Counted from the stretch's first letter, positions 46,899-56,918 are shown. The stretch is DNA of 64,000 nt from an uncultured Actinomycetes bacterium (GCA_963731515.1 CAVSVU010000016.1:309715-373714), one strand, 5' to 3'. Program-made: numbers and translations. Notes: generated from the sequence alone by a model not told the origin.

Positions 46899-48508
46899 GC
46901 GCGATCGACGTCATCCGCCCCGAGCTGCGAGGGCTGGTCGGCTACCGCTGGCAGGACACGCTGCCCGCGGACGCGCCGCTCATGCGCTTCGACATGAACA
47001 CCTCGGCGGTCGCGCCGGAGTGGTACACGCGGGAGCTCGCCCGGCTCGCCCGGGTCATCCCCGAGTCCTACCCGGATGCGACCTACATGCGCCTGCGCGA
47101 GGCGATCGCGGCCTACGCCGGCTTCCCCGTCGAGCAGATCGTCCCGACGGCGGGCGCCGACGAGGCGCTGCTCCTGTGCGGCCTGCTGTCGCTCGCGCCC
47201 GGCCGGCGGGCGTACGTGCGGCGTCCCGCGTACGGCTACTACGGCGTCGTCACCAGCCTCGCCGGCGCGGAGCTCGTGCACGACCCGAACGCCGACGTCG
47301 ACCTGACCTGGATCTGCGCACCGCACAACCCGACCGGCGCGGACGCCGCCGCCGAGGACGTGGCCGAGCGGGCGGGCCTGGTCGTGATCGACCAGGCGTA
47401 TCTCGAGTTCGGCGGCACCGACCTGTCCGGCCTCGTCCGGGAGCGCGAGAACACCGTGTGCGTGCGGACGTTCTCGAAGGCCTTCGCCCTGGCCGGGATC
47501 CGGGTCGGCTACATCATCGCGCCGGCGGAGATCGCCGAGCGGCTGAACGGCGTGCGCCCGCCGGCCTCGATCGGCGTCCACGCGGCCGCGCTGGCCGAGA
47601 TCGCGCTCGCGCCCGGCCACGTCGCCGGGATGCGCGCCCGGGCGGCCGCCACCTGCGCCGAGCGCGAGCGGATGGCGCAGGCGCTCCGCGCAGCCGGCTA
47701 CGCGGTGCCGCCGTCGTGCACGAACTTCGCGCTCGTCGACATCGGCCGGCCGGCCGAGCCGTTCGCGCGCGAGCTGCTCGAGCGCGGCCTCGTCGTGCGC
47801 ACCTTCGCGGATCCGCTGCTCGAGACCTCGATCCGCTACAGCGTGGCGACGCCGGCCGAGGACGACCGCCTGCTCGAGGCGCTCGGGGCGGCGGCGCCGG
47901 CTCGGGGCGAGCCGCCCGAGCCGGCCCGCACGGCGGCCCTCGAGCGGCGCACGAACGAGACGGACATCCGCTGCCGGGTCGCGCTCGAGGGGTCCGGGCG
48001 CGCGGCCGTCGCGACGGGCATCGGCATGCTCGACCACATGCTCGGGGCGCTCGCGGCGCACTCCCTGATCGACCTCGACCTGACCTGCGCGGGCGACCTG
48101 TGGGTGGACGAGCACCACACCGTCGAGGACGTGGCCATCGTCCTCGGCCAGGCGCTCGACCGCGCCCTCGGCGAGCGGGCCGGGATCCGCCGCTTCGGCG
48201 ACGCGCGGGCACCGCTCGACGAGGCGGCCGTCCACGCGGTCGTCGACCTCGGCGGCCGCGGCGCCGCCCGGATCGAGCTGCCGTTCGCGGGCGAGCGGGT
48301 CGGCGGCATCCCCGCCTCGCTCGTCCCCCACCTGTTCGACAGCCTCTCCCGCCACGGCCGCATGGCCATCCACCTGACGGGAACGGGCGCGGACGACCAC
48401 CACCTGCTCGAGGCGGCGTTCAAGGCGCTCGCGCTGGCGCTGCGGGCGGCCTGGGAGCCGGACCCGCGCCGCGCCGGCGCCGTGCCGAGCACGAAGGGGA
48501 GCCTGTGA
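46895..48508 (+). CDS. hisC/hisB: fusion protein: histidinol-phosphate aminotransferase (N) + imidazoleglycerol-phosphate dehydratase (C)
   Basis: GTG at 46895 overlaps the hisG stop (GTGA). The HisC part includes RTFSKAFALAGIRVGY. A linker AAAPARGEPPEPARTAAL follows, then IGPD (RRTNETDI, GIGMLDHML, DEHHTVEDV). The linker has no stop in any frame and no canonical internal start. Confidence 0.88.
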   Translation: MSAIDVIRPELRGLVGYRWQDTLPADAPLMRFDMNTSAVAPEWYTRELARLARVIPESYPDATYMRLREAIAAYAGFPVEQIVPTAGADEALLLCGLLSLAPGRRAYVRRPAYGYYGVVTSLAGAELVHDPNADVDLTWICAPHNPTGADAAAEDVAERAGLVVIDQAYLEFGGTDLSGLVRERENTVCVRTFSKAFALAGIRVGYIIAPAEIAERLNGVRPPASIGVHAAALAEIALAPGHVAGMRARAAATCAERERMAQALRAAGYAVPPSCTNFALVDIGRPAEPFARELLERGLVVRTFADPLLETSIRYSVATPAEDDRLLEALGAAAPARGEPPEPARTAALERRTNETDIRCRVALEGSGRAAVATGIGMLDHMLGALAAHSLIDLDLTCAGDLWVDEHHTVEDVAIVLGQALDRALGERAGIRRFGDARAPLDEAAVHAVVDLGGRGAARIELPFAGERVGGIPASLVPHLFDSLSRHGRMAIHLTGTGADDHHLLEAAFKALALALRAAWEPDPRRAGAVPSTKGSL

Positions 48509-48515
48509 CCACGGC

Positions 48516-49121
48516 GTGTGCGTCGTCGACTACGGCGCGGGCAACCTGCGCAGCCTGCGCACCGGCCTGGAACGGGCGGGGGCCGATGTCACGGTGACCG
48601 ACGACGCAGGCCGGGTGGCTGCGGCGGATCGGGTGCTCGTGCCCGGCGTCGGCGCGGCGGGTGCGGCCATGGCGGCGCTCGAGCGGCGCGGCCTCGCGGC
48701 GGCGATCCGCGATGCGGCGGCGGCGGGCGCCTACGTGTTCGGCATCTGCCTCGGCCTCCAGCTCCTGTTCGAGCGAAGCGACGAGGACGACGTCCCCTGC
48801 CTCGGCCTCCTGCCCGGCCGGGCCGTCGCGATGACGTTCGCCGACCGCCTGCCGCACATGGGCTGGAACGACGTGACGCCGCAGGCCGACCACCCGCTCG
48901 CGGGCGCACTGCCGGCGGTGTGCTACTTCGCTCACTCCTACGCGGTTGAGCCGGCCTCGGCCGCGGCGGTGCTGGGGACGACCGAGCTCGACGGCCGCGC
49001 GTTCGCGTCGGTCGCGGGCGCCGGCCGGGTGGCCGGGACGCAGTTCCACCCGGAGAAGAGCGGCCCGGCCGGGCGCGAGCTCCTGCGCGCGTTCCTGCGG
49101 TGGAGCGACCGTGCTGCGTAG
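48516..49121 (+). CDS. hisH: imidazole glycerol phosphate synthase, glutaminase subunit
   Basis: ORF 48516..49121. Motifs VVDYGAGNL, GICLGLQLL and HSY are present. Confidence 0.9.
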   Translation: MCVVDYGAGNLRSLRTGLERAGADVTVTDDAGRVAAADRVLVPGVGAAGAAMAALERRGLAAAIRDAAAAGAYVFGICLGLQLLFERSDEDDVPCLGLLPGRAVAMTFADRLPHMGWNDVTPQADHPLAGALPAVCYFAHSYAVEPASAAAVLGTTELDGRAFASVAGAGRVAGTQFHPEKSGPAGRELLRAFLRWSDRAA

Positions 49122-49863
49122 GCGCGTCATCCCCTGCCTCGACGTCCGCGGCGGGCGGCTCGTCAAGGGCGTGCGCTTCCGCGAGCTGCGCGACTGCGGC
49201 GACCCCGTCGACGCCGCCGAGCGCTACGCCGCGGCGGGCGCCGACGAGATCGTCTGGCTCAACATCGACGCCGAGGCCGAGGCCTGGCAGGAGCTCCTGC
49301 GGGCCGTCGAGCGGGCGGCCGAGCGGGTCGACGTGCCGCTCTGCGTCGGCGGCGGCATCGACCGGCCCGAGCGGGCGCGCGAGCTCCTGCTCGCCGGCGC
49401 GGACAAGATCTCGGTGAACTCCGCCGCGCTGCGCACGCCGGAGCTGATCGACGACCTGGCCGAGCGGCTCGGCAGCCAGTGCGTCGTCGTCGCCATCGAC
49501 GCGGCCCGGGGCGAGGACGGCTGGTGGACGTACGCGCGCGGCGGCAGCGAGGCGACGGGCGTCGAGGCGGTCGGCTGGGCGCAGGAGGCGGCCCGGCGCG
49601 GGAGCGGCGAGCTGCTCGTGACGAGCATCGACTCCGACGGCGGCCGGCGCGGCTACGACCTCGAGCTGATCGGCCGGATCCGGGAGCGGGTGCGGGTGCC
49701 GCTGATCGCCTCGGGCGGCGCGGGGGGCGCGGGCGACATCGTCGCCGCCCTGCGGGCCGGGGCCGACGCGGCGCTGGCCGCATCGATCTTCCACGACGGC
49801 GAGACGACGCCCGACGACGTCAAGCGGGAGGTGGCGGCGTGCGGCCTGCCGGCGCGCGTGTGA
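49111..49863 (+). CDS. hisF: imidazole glycerol phosphate synthase, cyclase subunit
   Basis: GTG at 49111 within ORF 48946..49863 (VLRRRVIPCLDVRGGRLVKG..). It overlaps hisH by 11 nt. Confidence 0.92.
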   Translation: MLRRRVIPCLDVRGGRLVKGVRFRELRDCGDPVDAAERYAAAGADEIVWLNIDAEAEAWQELLRAVERAAERVDVPLCVGGGIDRPERARELLLAGADKISVNSAALRTPELIDDLAERLGSQCVVVAIDAARGEDGWWTYARGGSEATGVEAVGWAQEAARRGSGELLVTSIDSDGGRRGYDLELIGRIRERVRVPLIASGGAGGAGDIVAALRAGADAALAASIFHDGETTPDDVKREVAACGLPARV

Positions 49864-50426
49864 CCGTCCCCGACGGCGCCCTCCTGCCCTGCGTCGTCCA
49901 GGACGCCGACTCGGGAACGGTGCTGATGCTCGCCTACGTCGACGCGGAGGCGCTCGAGGCGACCGAGCGCACCGGGCTGGCCCACTTCCACTCGCGCTCG
50001 CGCGACCGGCTCTGGCAGAAGGGCGAGACGTCCGGGAACGTCCTGCGCGTCGTCGCGATCCGGGCCGACTGCGACGCGGACGCCCTGCTCTACCTGGCCC
50101 ACCCGGCCGGGCCGACATGCCACACCGGGTCCGTCTCCTGCTTCGGCGACGCCGCGCCGCTCCTGGGGGAGCTGGCGGACGTGATCGGCGAGCGAGCCGG
50201 GACTGAGGGCGAGGGCTCCTACGTCGCCGGAGTGCTCGGGGACGCGCGCGAGCGGGCCCAGCGCAAGGTCGGCGAGGAGGCGGTCGAGGTGCTCCTGGCC
50301 GAGCCCGGCAGCGAGCACCTGGTGTCCGAGGTGGCCGACCTGTGGTTCCACAGCATGCTGCTGCTGGCCCGCGACGGCCTCGACCCGCTGGCGCCGCTCG
50401 CCGAGCTGCGGGCGAGGCGAGGCTGA
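49860..50426 (+). CDS. hisI: bifunctional phosphoribosyl-AMP cyclohydrolase / phosphoribosyl-ATP pyrophosphatase
   Basis: GTG at 49860 overlaps the hisF stop (GTGA). The HisI part reads LMLAYVDAEALEATERTG..SRSR..LWQKGETSGN, and a HisE-like C-terminus follows. Confidence 0.9.
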   Translation: MTVPDGALLPCVVQDADSGTVLMLAYVDAEALEATERTGLAHFHSRSRDRLWQKGETSGNVLRVVAIRADCDADALLYLAHPAGPTCHTGSVSCFGDAAPLLGELADVIGERAGTEGEGSYVAGVLGDARERAQRKVGEEAVEVLLAEPGSEHLVSEVADLWFHSMLLLARDGLDPLAPLAELRARRG

Positions 50427-50427
50427 A

Positions 50428-50456
50428 GGGGACAGTCCCCGGATGGGGACTGTCCC
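50428..50456. terminator. 12-bp hairpin from two copies of GGGGACWGTCCCC (bidirectional, hisIE/lcdH)
   Basis: GGGGACAGTCCCC-ggat-GGGGACTGTCCC between the convergent stops at 50426 and 50467. It uses the same palindrome as the hairpin at 19487-19520. Confidence 0.55.
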
Positions 50457-50466
50457 GCGTTTCGCG

Positions 50467-51954
50467 CTACCCCATGCTCACGCTGCGACCGGCCCGCTCC
50501 GGCCGCGGCAGGGCCGCGTGCCCGGCGGCGATCGCGCGCGCCCGGGCGAGCACCTCGTCCCCGGCCGGCCCGGCCCGGCCCGTCTGCGCCGAGACGTGCA
50601 GCATCATCTGCTCCGCCGTCGCCACGAGCTCGTCGCCGTGGAACAGCGAGTGGAAGATGTGGAGCCGCTTCTCGTCGCAGCCGAGCACCTGGGTCGTCGT
50701 GCGCAGGCGGTCGCCGGCCGCGGTCTCGCGCAGGTGCGAGAGGTGCGTCTCGACGGTGAAGTAGCTGCCGACGCCGTCGAGGTAGGCGGCGTCGATCCCG
50801 AGCAGGCCCAGCAGGGCGTCGGTCGTGTCGCCGAACACCTGCAGGTAGCGGCTCTCGTGGGCGTGGCCGTTGTAGTCGACCCACTCCGGCGCCACCGTCG
50901 CCTCGTGCAGCTCGAGCGGCCGCGAGGTGTCGACCGCGGAGTCCGCGGGCGCGGCGGCCGCCGCGAAGAGCTCGCGCTCGTGCCGCTCGAGGACGGCGCC
51001 GGCCCCGTAGCGGTTGGCGCGCAGGCCCTGGAGCACCGAGACGAGGCAGTCGTCGCGCAGCCGCTCCAGCTCGCGCACCGAGCGGCCCTCGGCCTGGGCG
51101 TCGGACTGGGCCACGAGCTTCTCGACGAGCTCGTCGGAGAGCTCGGGGACGTCGGTGAGCTTCGTCCACGGCCACTGGAGCGCCGGCCCGAACTGCTCGA
51201 CGAAGTGGCGCATCCCCTCCTCGCCGCCGGCGGCGCGGTAGGTCAGGAACGAGCCCATGAACGACCAGCGCAGGCCGGCGCCGAGCCGGATCGCGTCGTC
51301 GATCTCGGTGACGGTGGCGACGTCGTCGGCGACGAGCCAGAGCGCCTCGCGCCACATCGCCTCCATCAGCCGGTCGGCGACGAAGCCGTCGATCTCGGCC
51401 CGCAGCACGAGCGGCTCCATCCCCACCGACCGGTACACGGCGGCGGCCCGCGCGAGCGTCTCCGGGTCGGTGCGACCGCCGCCGCACACCTCGACGAGCG
51501 GGAGCAGGTAGACGGGGTTGAAGGGGTGGCCGACCGCGAACCGGCCCGGTCGTTCCATGTCGGCCTGGAGCAGCGACGGCCGCAGGCCCGACGTCGACGA
51601 GCAGAAGACGGCGTCCGCCGTGGCGGCGCGGTCGGCCCGCGCGAGCAGCTCCCGCTTCAGCGGCTCCCGCTCCGGTGCGTTCTCCTGCACGAAGTCGGCG
51701 CCCTCGACGGCCTCCTCGAGCGTGGCGACGACCTCGAGCCGGCCCTCGCCGGGAAGCGGCGCGAGCGTCAGCCGATCCCACGCGCGGCGGGCGTTCTCGA
51801 GCACGGCCGCGATCTTCTCGGCCGCCCGCGGGTCGGGGTCGTACACGCGCACGTCGACGCCGTTTCGGAGGAACCGGGCCGCCCAGCCCCCGCCGATGAC
51901 GCCGCCGCCGAGGAGGCCCACCGTCCGCGGCCGGCCGCCTCCCGGCTCAGCCAC
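50467..51954 (-). CDS. lcdH: L-carnitine dehydrogenase with C-terminal thioesterase domain
   Basis: ORF 50467..51954. It has a 3-hydroxyacyl-CoA-dehydrogenase-type NAD domain ([13 protein letters not shown]) plus a hotdog thioesterase-like C-terminus ([12 protein letters not shown]). Confidence 0.85.
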   Translation of the reverse strand: MAEPGGGRPRTVGLLGGGVIGGGWAARFLRNGVDVRVYDPDPRAAEKIAAVLENARRAWDRLTLAPLPGEGRLEVVATLEEAVEGADFVQENAPEREPLKRELLARADRAATADAVFCSSTSGLRPSLLQADMERPGRFAVGHPFNPVYLLPLVEVCGGGRTDPETLARAAAVYRSVGMEPLVLRAEIDGFVADRLMEAMWREALWLVADDVATVTEIDDAIRLGAGLRWSFMGSFLTYRAAGGEEGMRHFVEQFGPALQWPWTKLTDVPELSDELVEKLVAQSDAQAEGRSVRELERLRDDCLVSVLQGLRANRYGAGAVLERHERELFAAAAAPADSAVDTSRPLELHEATVAPEWVDYNGHAHESRYLQVFGDTTDALLGLLGIDAAYLDGVGSYFTVETHLSHLRETAAGDRLRTTTQVLGCDEKRLHIFHSLFHGDELVATAEQMMLHVSAQTGRAGPAGDEVLARARAIAAGHAALPRPERAGRSVSMG

Positions 51955-52879
51955 CGCGCGCGAGCCCCAGCTTCGCCCGCACGTCGGCGGCGGTGAGGAT
52001 GCGGACGTTCATCGCCCGCAGGATCTGCACCGCCCGTTCGACCAGCTGCGCGTTCGTCGCCGGCACGCCCCGCTCGAGCATGAGGTTGTCCTCGAGGCCG
52101 ACGCGGACGTTGCCGCCGACCAGCGCCGCCATCGCCACGAACGGGAGCTGCATGCGCCCGATCGAGAACGCCGAGAAGACCGCGTCCGGGGGGAGCTGGT
52201 CGCGCATCGCGAGCAGCGTGCCCGGGTCGTCGGGGGCGCCGTAGGGGATGCCCGTGCAGAGCTGGATCAGCGGAGGCGGATCGATCAGGCCGTCGGCGAT
52301 CAGCTCCTTGACCATGACCAGGTGGCCGGTGTCGAACACCTCGAGCTCCGGCCGCACGCCGAGCTCCTGCACCCGCCGCGCCATCGCCCGCAGCATCCCC
52401 GGCGTGTTCACCATGACGTAGTCGCCGCCCGCGGCGAAGTTCATCGTCCCGCAGTCGAGCGTGCAGATCTCCGGCCGCAGCTCCGCGACGTGGCGCAGGC
52501 GCTCCTCCGCCCCGGCCAGGTCGGTGCCGCCCGCATCGGGCGGGAGCGGATCGTCCTCGCCGCCGAGCACGAGGTCGCCGCCCATGCCCGCGGTCAGGTT
52601 GAGCACGACGTCGACGTCGGCCGCGCGCACCCGGTCGACCACCTCCCGGTAGAGGCGCGGGTCGCGGGCGCCCTTGCCGGTCCCGGGATCACGGACATGG
52701 ATGTGCGCCACCGCCGCGCCCGCCCGGGCCGCCTCGACCGCCGCCTCCGCGATCTGCTCCGGCGCCACCGGGACCAGCGGGCTGCGGCCGGCGGTATCGC
52801 CGGCGCCGGTGACCGCGCACGTGATGAAGACCTCCCAGTTCAGCGCCGACCTCCGGAATGAGTCGCTGGGGCACGCCAT
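51947..52879 (-). CDS. beta-keto acid cleavage enzyme (BKACE/DUF849 family)
   Basis: ORF 51947..52879. Motifs ITCAVTG, HIHVRD and RVGLEDN are present. It overlaps lcdH by 8 nt. Confidence 0.85.
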   Translation of the reverse strand: MACPSDSFRRSALNWEVFITCAVTGAGDTAGRSPLVPVAPEQIAEAAVEAARAGAAVAHIHVRDPGTGKGARDPRLYREVVDRVRAADVDVVLNLTAGMGGDLVLGGEDDPLPPDAGGTDLAGAEERLRHVAELRPEICTLDCGTMNFAAGGDYVMVNTPGMLRAMARRVQELGVRPELEVFDTGHLVMVKELIADGLIDPPPLIQLCTGIPYGAPDDPGTLLAMRDQLPPDAVFSAFSIGRMQLPFVAMAALVGGNVRVGLEDNLMLERGVPATNAQLVERAVQILRAMNVRILTAADVRAKLGLARGG

Positions 52880-52917
52880 GCTACCGCGGCCTCGGGGACG
52901 GCTCCTACGATGCCCGC

Positions 52918-54077
52918 GTGCGCCGTCTGATCGCCCTCGTCTGCGTGCTCGTCGTGTTCGATCTCACGCTGTGGTCGGCGGTCGTCCCGCTCCTTCCCTA
53001 CTACCGCCACGAGCTCGGCCTGAGCACGCTGCAGACGGCGTGGATGCTGGCCGCATTCAGCCTGGCCGTCATCGTCGTCTCCGTCCCCGTCGGCCACCTC
53101 GCCGACCGCGTGGGCGCCCGGCTCGTCACGGCGATCGGCACGCTCCTGATGGCGGGCGCGACGGCCGGACTGGCGCTCGCGAGCTCGTTCCCGGAGCTGC
53201 TCGTCGCGCGCCTGCTCCAGGGCGCCGCCGACGCCACCGTGTGGGGCGCCGGGACTCGCGTGGGTCGCCGCCCGGGCGCCGGTCGAGCGGCGCGGAGAGG
53301 CGGTCGGATACGCCCAGGTCGCGGCGACGGTGGGCGTCATCACCGGGCCGTTCGTCGGCGGCGTCGTGACGACGACGTTCGGGATCCGGCCGACGTTCCT
53401 GGGGATGACGGCGCTCTTCCTGCTCCTCCTCGGCCTGATCGCGCTCGAGCCCGACGCCCGCATCGAAGCCCCACCGGCGGATGAGCATGGCCCGCGCGCT
53501 GCGTATCTCCCTCGGCGAGTCGCTGATCACCGCGAGCGTGGGCATGATCCTGGTCGTCGCGGTCGTCGGCGGCGCGCTCCAGCTGCTCGTGCCGCTGCAC
53601 CTGTCGAGCCTCGGCGTCGACCGCTCCGGGATCGGCCTCGTCTACTCGGTCGGCGCCGTGCTCGGCGGCGGCGCCGTCGTCCTCACCGCCCGGGTCGGCG
53701 ATCGGGTGGGGCGGGTGCCGCTGGCGACCGGCGCGTGCGCGGCACTGGCGCTGCTGACGGCGGCCTTCGCCGTCCCGGCCGGAATCGGCGTCTTCGTCGG
53801 GCTCGTGATCGCCTGCTCGGCGGCGCAGTCGATCCTGTACGCGGTCGGCTACCCGCTCAGCACCGACGGCGCCGACCGTGCCCACCTCGGCCACGGCGTC
53901 GTGCTCGGCGTGGTGAACCTGATGTGGGGGATCGGCGCGGTCGTCGGGCCGCTGGCCGGATCGCGGCTGGCCACCTGGCAGGGGACGCGGGCGGCCTACG
54001 CGCTGCTGGCCGTCATCTGCGCGACGACTGCCGCGGTGTTCGTGCGCGTCCAGCGGATGCCGACGCCGGAGCCGTGA
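52918..54077 (+). pseudogene. MFS transporter, frame interrupted (+1) near 53255-53259 and 53476-53481
   Basis: Three successive frames (track ORFs 52858, 53330, 53481) read together as one 12-TM MFS protein: ..LLQGAADATVWGAG / LAWVAARAPVERRGEAVGYAQVAATVGVITGPF.. / MSMARALRISLGESL.. Confidence 0.75.
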
Positions 54078-54101
54078 AGCCGGCGGTCGCGATCGCGCGG
54101 G

Positions 54102-54131
54102 TTCTCAAATTGGAAGATGATGGTTATCATC
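54102..54131 (+). promoter_or_regulatory. candidate promoter TTCTCA-N17-TATCAT with overlapping inverted repeat GATGAT-N4-ATCATC
   Basis: An AT-richer patch 60-90 nt upstream of the ferritin-like gene pair. The palindrome at 54116-54131 covers the -10 hexamer. Confidence 0.35.
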
Positions 54132-54189
54132 GAAGCGACTGGCAGTTTTGCCCGTGAGCGATACGGGAAATGCGGAGAGTGCAACGTGA

Positions 54190-54796
54190 ATGACGAATCT
54201 GACGGGGACGGCGCAGCACACGGCCAGCCGCCGCGCGGTGCTGTCGGCGGCCAGCCTGGTGGCGGGCGGGATCCTCGTGGGCGGGGTGGGCGCCCCGGCG
54301 CTCGGATCCGGGCTCGCGCGTCGGCGACGCCGAGATCCTGAACTTCGCCCTCGAGATGGAGGAGCTCCAGGCGGCGCTGTACGACCAGGCGCTCCAGCAC
54401 GCCGGCCTGACCGGCGAGCTCGCGCAGTACGCCCGCGTCGTCGGCGGCCATGAGCGCGAACACGTCGCGTTCCTGCGCGAGACGCTCGGCTCGCGCGCGA
54501 AGCCCGCGCCGGCGTTCGACTTCGGCGAGGACGTCACCGACGCCGACCGCTTCGCCGCGGCCGCGCGGGTGCTCGAGGATCTGGGCGTCGCGGCGCTCGA
54601 CGGCCAGGCGGCCAACCTGACCAAGCCGTCGCTGGCGGCCGTCGCGACGATCGTGTCGGTGGAGGCCCGCCACGCGGCCTGGATCCGCGACCTGCTCGGC
54701 GAGCTGCCCGCGCCGACCGCGGCCAACCCGGCCGAGGGCGCCGCCCGCGTGGAAGAGGCCATCCGCCGCACCGGGTACGTGAAGGGAGCCACATGA
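54190..54796 (+). pseudogene. Tat-signal ferritin-like domain protein, frame interrupted (+1) near 54319-54322
   Basis: The N-terminus MTNLTGTAQHTASRRAVLSAASLVAGG looks like a twin-arginine signal. It continues as GDAEILNFALEMEELQAALYDQAL.. in ORF 54356..54796. Confidence 0.75.
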
Positions 54797-55473
54797 GCGA
54801 CGACCTCGGCCGCCTCGACCGTGACGGCGCCCTGGCCGACGCGCTCGGCCCGCTCGCGCCCGCCACCCGCCGCACCGTCCTGCGCACGCTCGCGGCCGCC
54901 GGCCTGGTCGGCTCGGCCGTGGCGCTCACCGGGCCCGCGACGGCCGACGCCGAGGGTGAGCCGCAGGGCGACGTCGCCATCCTGAACTACGCGCTCACGC
55001 TCGAGTACCTGCAGTCCGCCTTCTACACGGAGGCCGAGCGGATCGGCGTGCTGACCGGCGAGACCGCCCACCTGGCCCGGATCGTCGGCGACCACGAGCG
55101 CGCCCACGTGCGCCTGCTCCAGGGGGTGCTGGGCGCCCGGGCCGTCGCCACGCCGAGCTTCGACTTCCACGGCGCGACGGACTCGCAGAGCGCGTTCGTC
55201 CGCACCGCCGTCGCGTTCGAGGACCTGGGGGTGGCCGCGTACAAGGGCCAGGCCCCGCGAATCGCGTCGCCGACCTACCTCGACGCCGCGCTCGCGATCC
55301 ATGCGACCGAGGCCCGTCACGCCGCCTGGATCCGCCGCATCGCCGGCATCCTGCCGGCGCAGTCGGCGTTCGACCAGCCCGCGACCGCGGCCCACGTCGG
55401 CCAGGTCGTGAACTCGACCCACTTCATCGTCGGGCCGACCCAGGCGGCGGGGATGCCGGGCTTCACGGGCTGA
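54793..55473 (+). CDS. Tat-signal ferritin-like domain protein
   Basis: ORF 54793..55473, with ATGA overlap to the previous gene. The signal reads TRRTVLRTLAAAGLVG. The protein is a paralog of the upstream gene (ILNYALTLEYLQSAFY, ATEARHAAWIR). Confidence 0.8.
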   Translation: MSDDLGRLDRDGALADALGPLAPATRRTVLRTLAAAGLVGSAVALTGPATADAEGEPQGDVAILNYALTLEYLQSAFYTEAERIGVLTGETAHLARIVGDHERAHVRLLQGVLGARAVATPSFDFHGATDSQSAFVRTAVAFEDLGVAAYKGQAPRIASPTYLDAALAIHATEARHAAWIRRIAGILPAQSAFDQPATAAHVGQVVNSTHFIVGPTQAAGMPGFTG

Positions 55474-55474
55474 C

Positions 55475-56455
55475 ATGACCCGGGGCAGCCGCACCTGGGC
55501 AGCCGCGGCCATCGCCGCGGGGTGCGTCGTCGGCGCGGCCGCGACCGCCCGCGCCACCCGGCGGCGCACGCCCGTCGCCGTGGAGCCGCCTGCGCCGGTC
55601 ACGGTCGACACTCGGCCGGCGCCCGTTGCCGTTCCGGCCGTGCCTGCGCCACGCCCCCGCCGCGGCCGGGGCATGTGGGCGACGACCGCGGTCGCGGTCT
55701 CCATCGTCGTCGCGGCCGTGACCGTGGTCGCCGTCGCCTCGACGGCGCCCTCACCCGCGGCGACCGTCCCGGTGGGGACGCCCACCCATCCTTACACGCC
55801 CGGCGAATCGCAGCCGCGCCTGGTCGTGCCCAGGGTGCTCCCGCTCGCGACGCGGCAGACGTGGCGCTGGGCACAGGTGCTGCGGCCGGTCGCCGCCCGC
55901 CGTCGCCCGGGCGGCAAGGTGGCCGCGCGCCTGCGCACGCGCACGCCGGAGCACACGGTGAACATCGTGCTCGTCACGAAGACCGCGACGCACCGCGGCC
56001 GCCTGTGGGCGCGGGTGCGGCTGCCGGTGCTCCCGAACGACACCCAGGGCTGGGTGCCGCGGGCGGCGCTCAGCGGCTACACGTTCGTGGACACGCACCT
56101 GGTCGTCAGCCTGCGCCGCCGGCGGATGACGCTCTTCCGCGCAGGCCGGGCCATCTTCCGGGCGCCGGTCGGGATCGGCGCGCCGGGCACCCCGACGCCG
56201 CGCGGGCAGTTCTACATCCGCGACCGCCTGCGCGGCTACGCGAGCGCGTTCTACGGGCCGATCGCGTTCGGGACGAGCGCGCGCTCGGCCGTGCTGACCG
56301 AGTGGCCCGCCGGCGGCTTCATCGGCATCCACGGCACGAACGCTCCCGGCCTCATCCCCGGCAGGCCCTCCCACGGCTGCATCCGCATGCGCAACCGCGA
56401 CCTCCTGCGGCTGGCGCGGCTGCTCCCGGTGGGCACGCCGGTCACGATCGAGTGA
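55475..56455 (+). CDS. L,D-transpeptidase (YkuD domain)
   Basis: ORF 55475..56455. It has an N-terminal membrane anchor and a Pro/Ala-rich spacer. The catalytic motif is IHGTNAP..SHGCIRM. Confidence 0.85.
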   Translation: MTRGSRTWAAAAIAAGCVVGAAATARATRRRTPVAVEPPAPVTVDTRPAPVAVPAVPAPRPRRGRGMWATTAVAVSIVVAAVTVVAVASTAPSPAATVPVGTPTHPYTPGESQPRLVVPRVLPLATRQTWRWAQVLRPVAARRRPGGKVAARLRTRTPEHTVNIVLVTKTATHRGRLWARVRLPVLPNDTQGWVPRAALSGYTFVDTHLVVSLRRRRMTLFRAGRAIFRAPVGIGAPGTPTPRGQFYIRDRLRGYASAFYGPIAFGTSARSAVLTEWPAGGFIGIHGTNAPGLIPGRPSHGCIRMRNRDLLRLARLLPVGTPVTIE

Positions 56456-56913
56456 GGCGGCTGGCGCTGATCGCCCTGGTCGCGCTGGCCGCCGCCGCGC
56501 CTGCGGCGACGGCGACGACGCGGCCCTCGCTCGGGCGGCTGTGGCACGCCTACCCGCTCGGCCACACGCGGCTGGCGCACGCGTCTGCGCCGCGTCCTCA
56601 TCCCCGGCCGCGAACCCCGCGATCGCAGCCAGGCCGAAGGGGGCCCGGAGGGCGGACGGCGACGATCCGGCGGCCGCCACGGCGCGGATCGGGGCCGGGC
56701 ACCGTCTCCGCCGCGCTGGCCGGGTCGGCCACGGCGCTCACGGTGATCGGCCTGATCGTGCTCGGGCGCCGCCGCGGCTGGACCGGCCGCCCGCACGACG
56801 CCGAGAGCGCCCGCGGCCGCCGCGCCGGCACGGCGCCGCGCGTGCTCGCGTTCTACGCGGTCGCGGCCGCCATCGGAGTCATCGTCGGCCTGCTGATCCC
56901 GCTGGTCGCCTGA
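56452..56913 (+). CDS. hypothetical membrane-anchored protein
   Basis: GTG at 56452 overlaps the L,D-transpeptidase stop (GTGA), in the frame of ORF 55522..56913. It has a signal-like N-terminus and two hydrophobic helices. I recognise no family. Confidence 0.45.
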   Translation: MRRLALIALVALAAAAPAATATTRPSLGRLWHAYPLGHTRLAHASAPRPHPRPRTPRSQPGRRGPGGRTATIRRPPRRGSGPGTVSAALAGSATALTVIGLIVLGRRRGWTGRPHDAESARGRRAGTAPRVLAFYAVAAAIGVIVGLLIPLVA

Positions 56914-56918
56914 AACCC

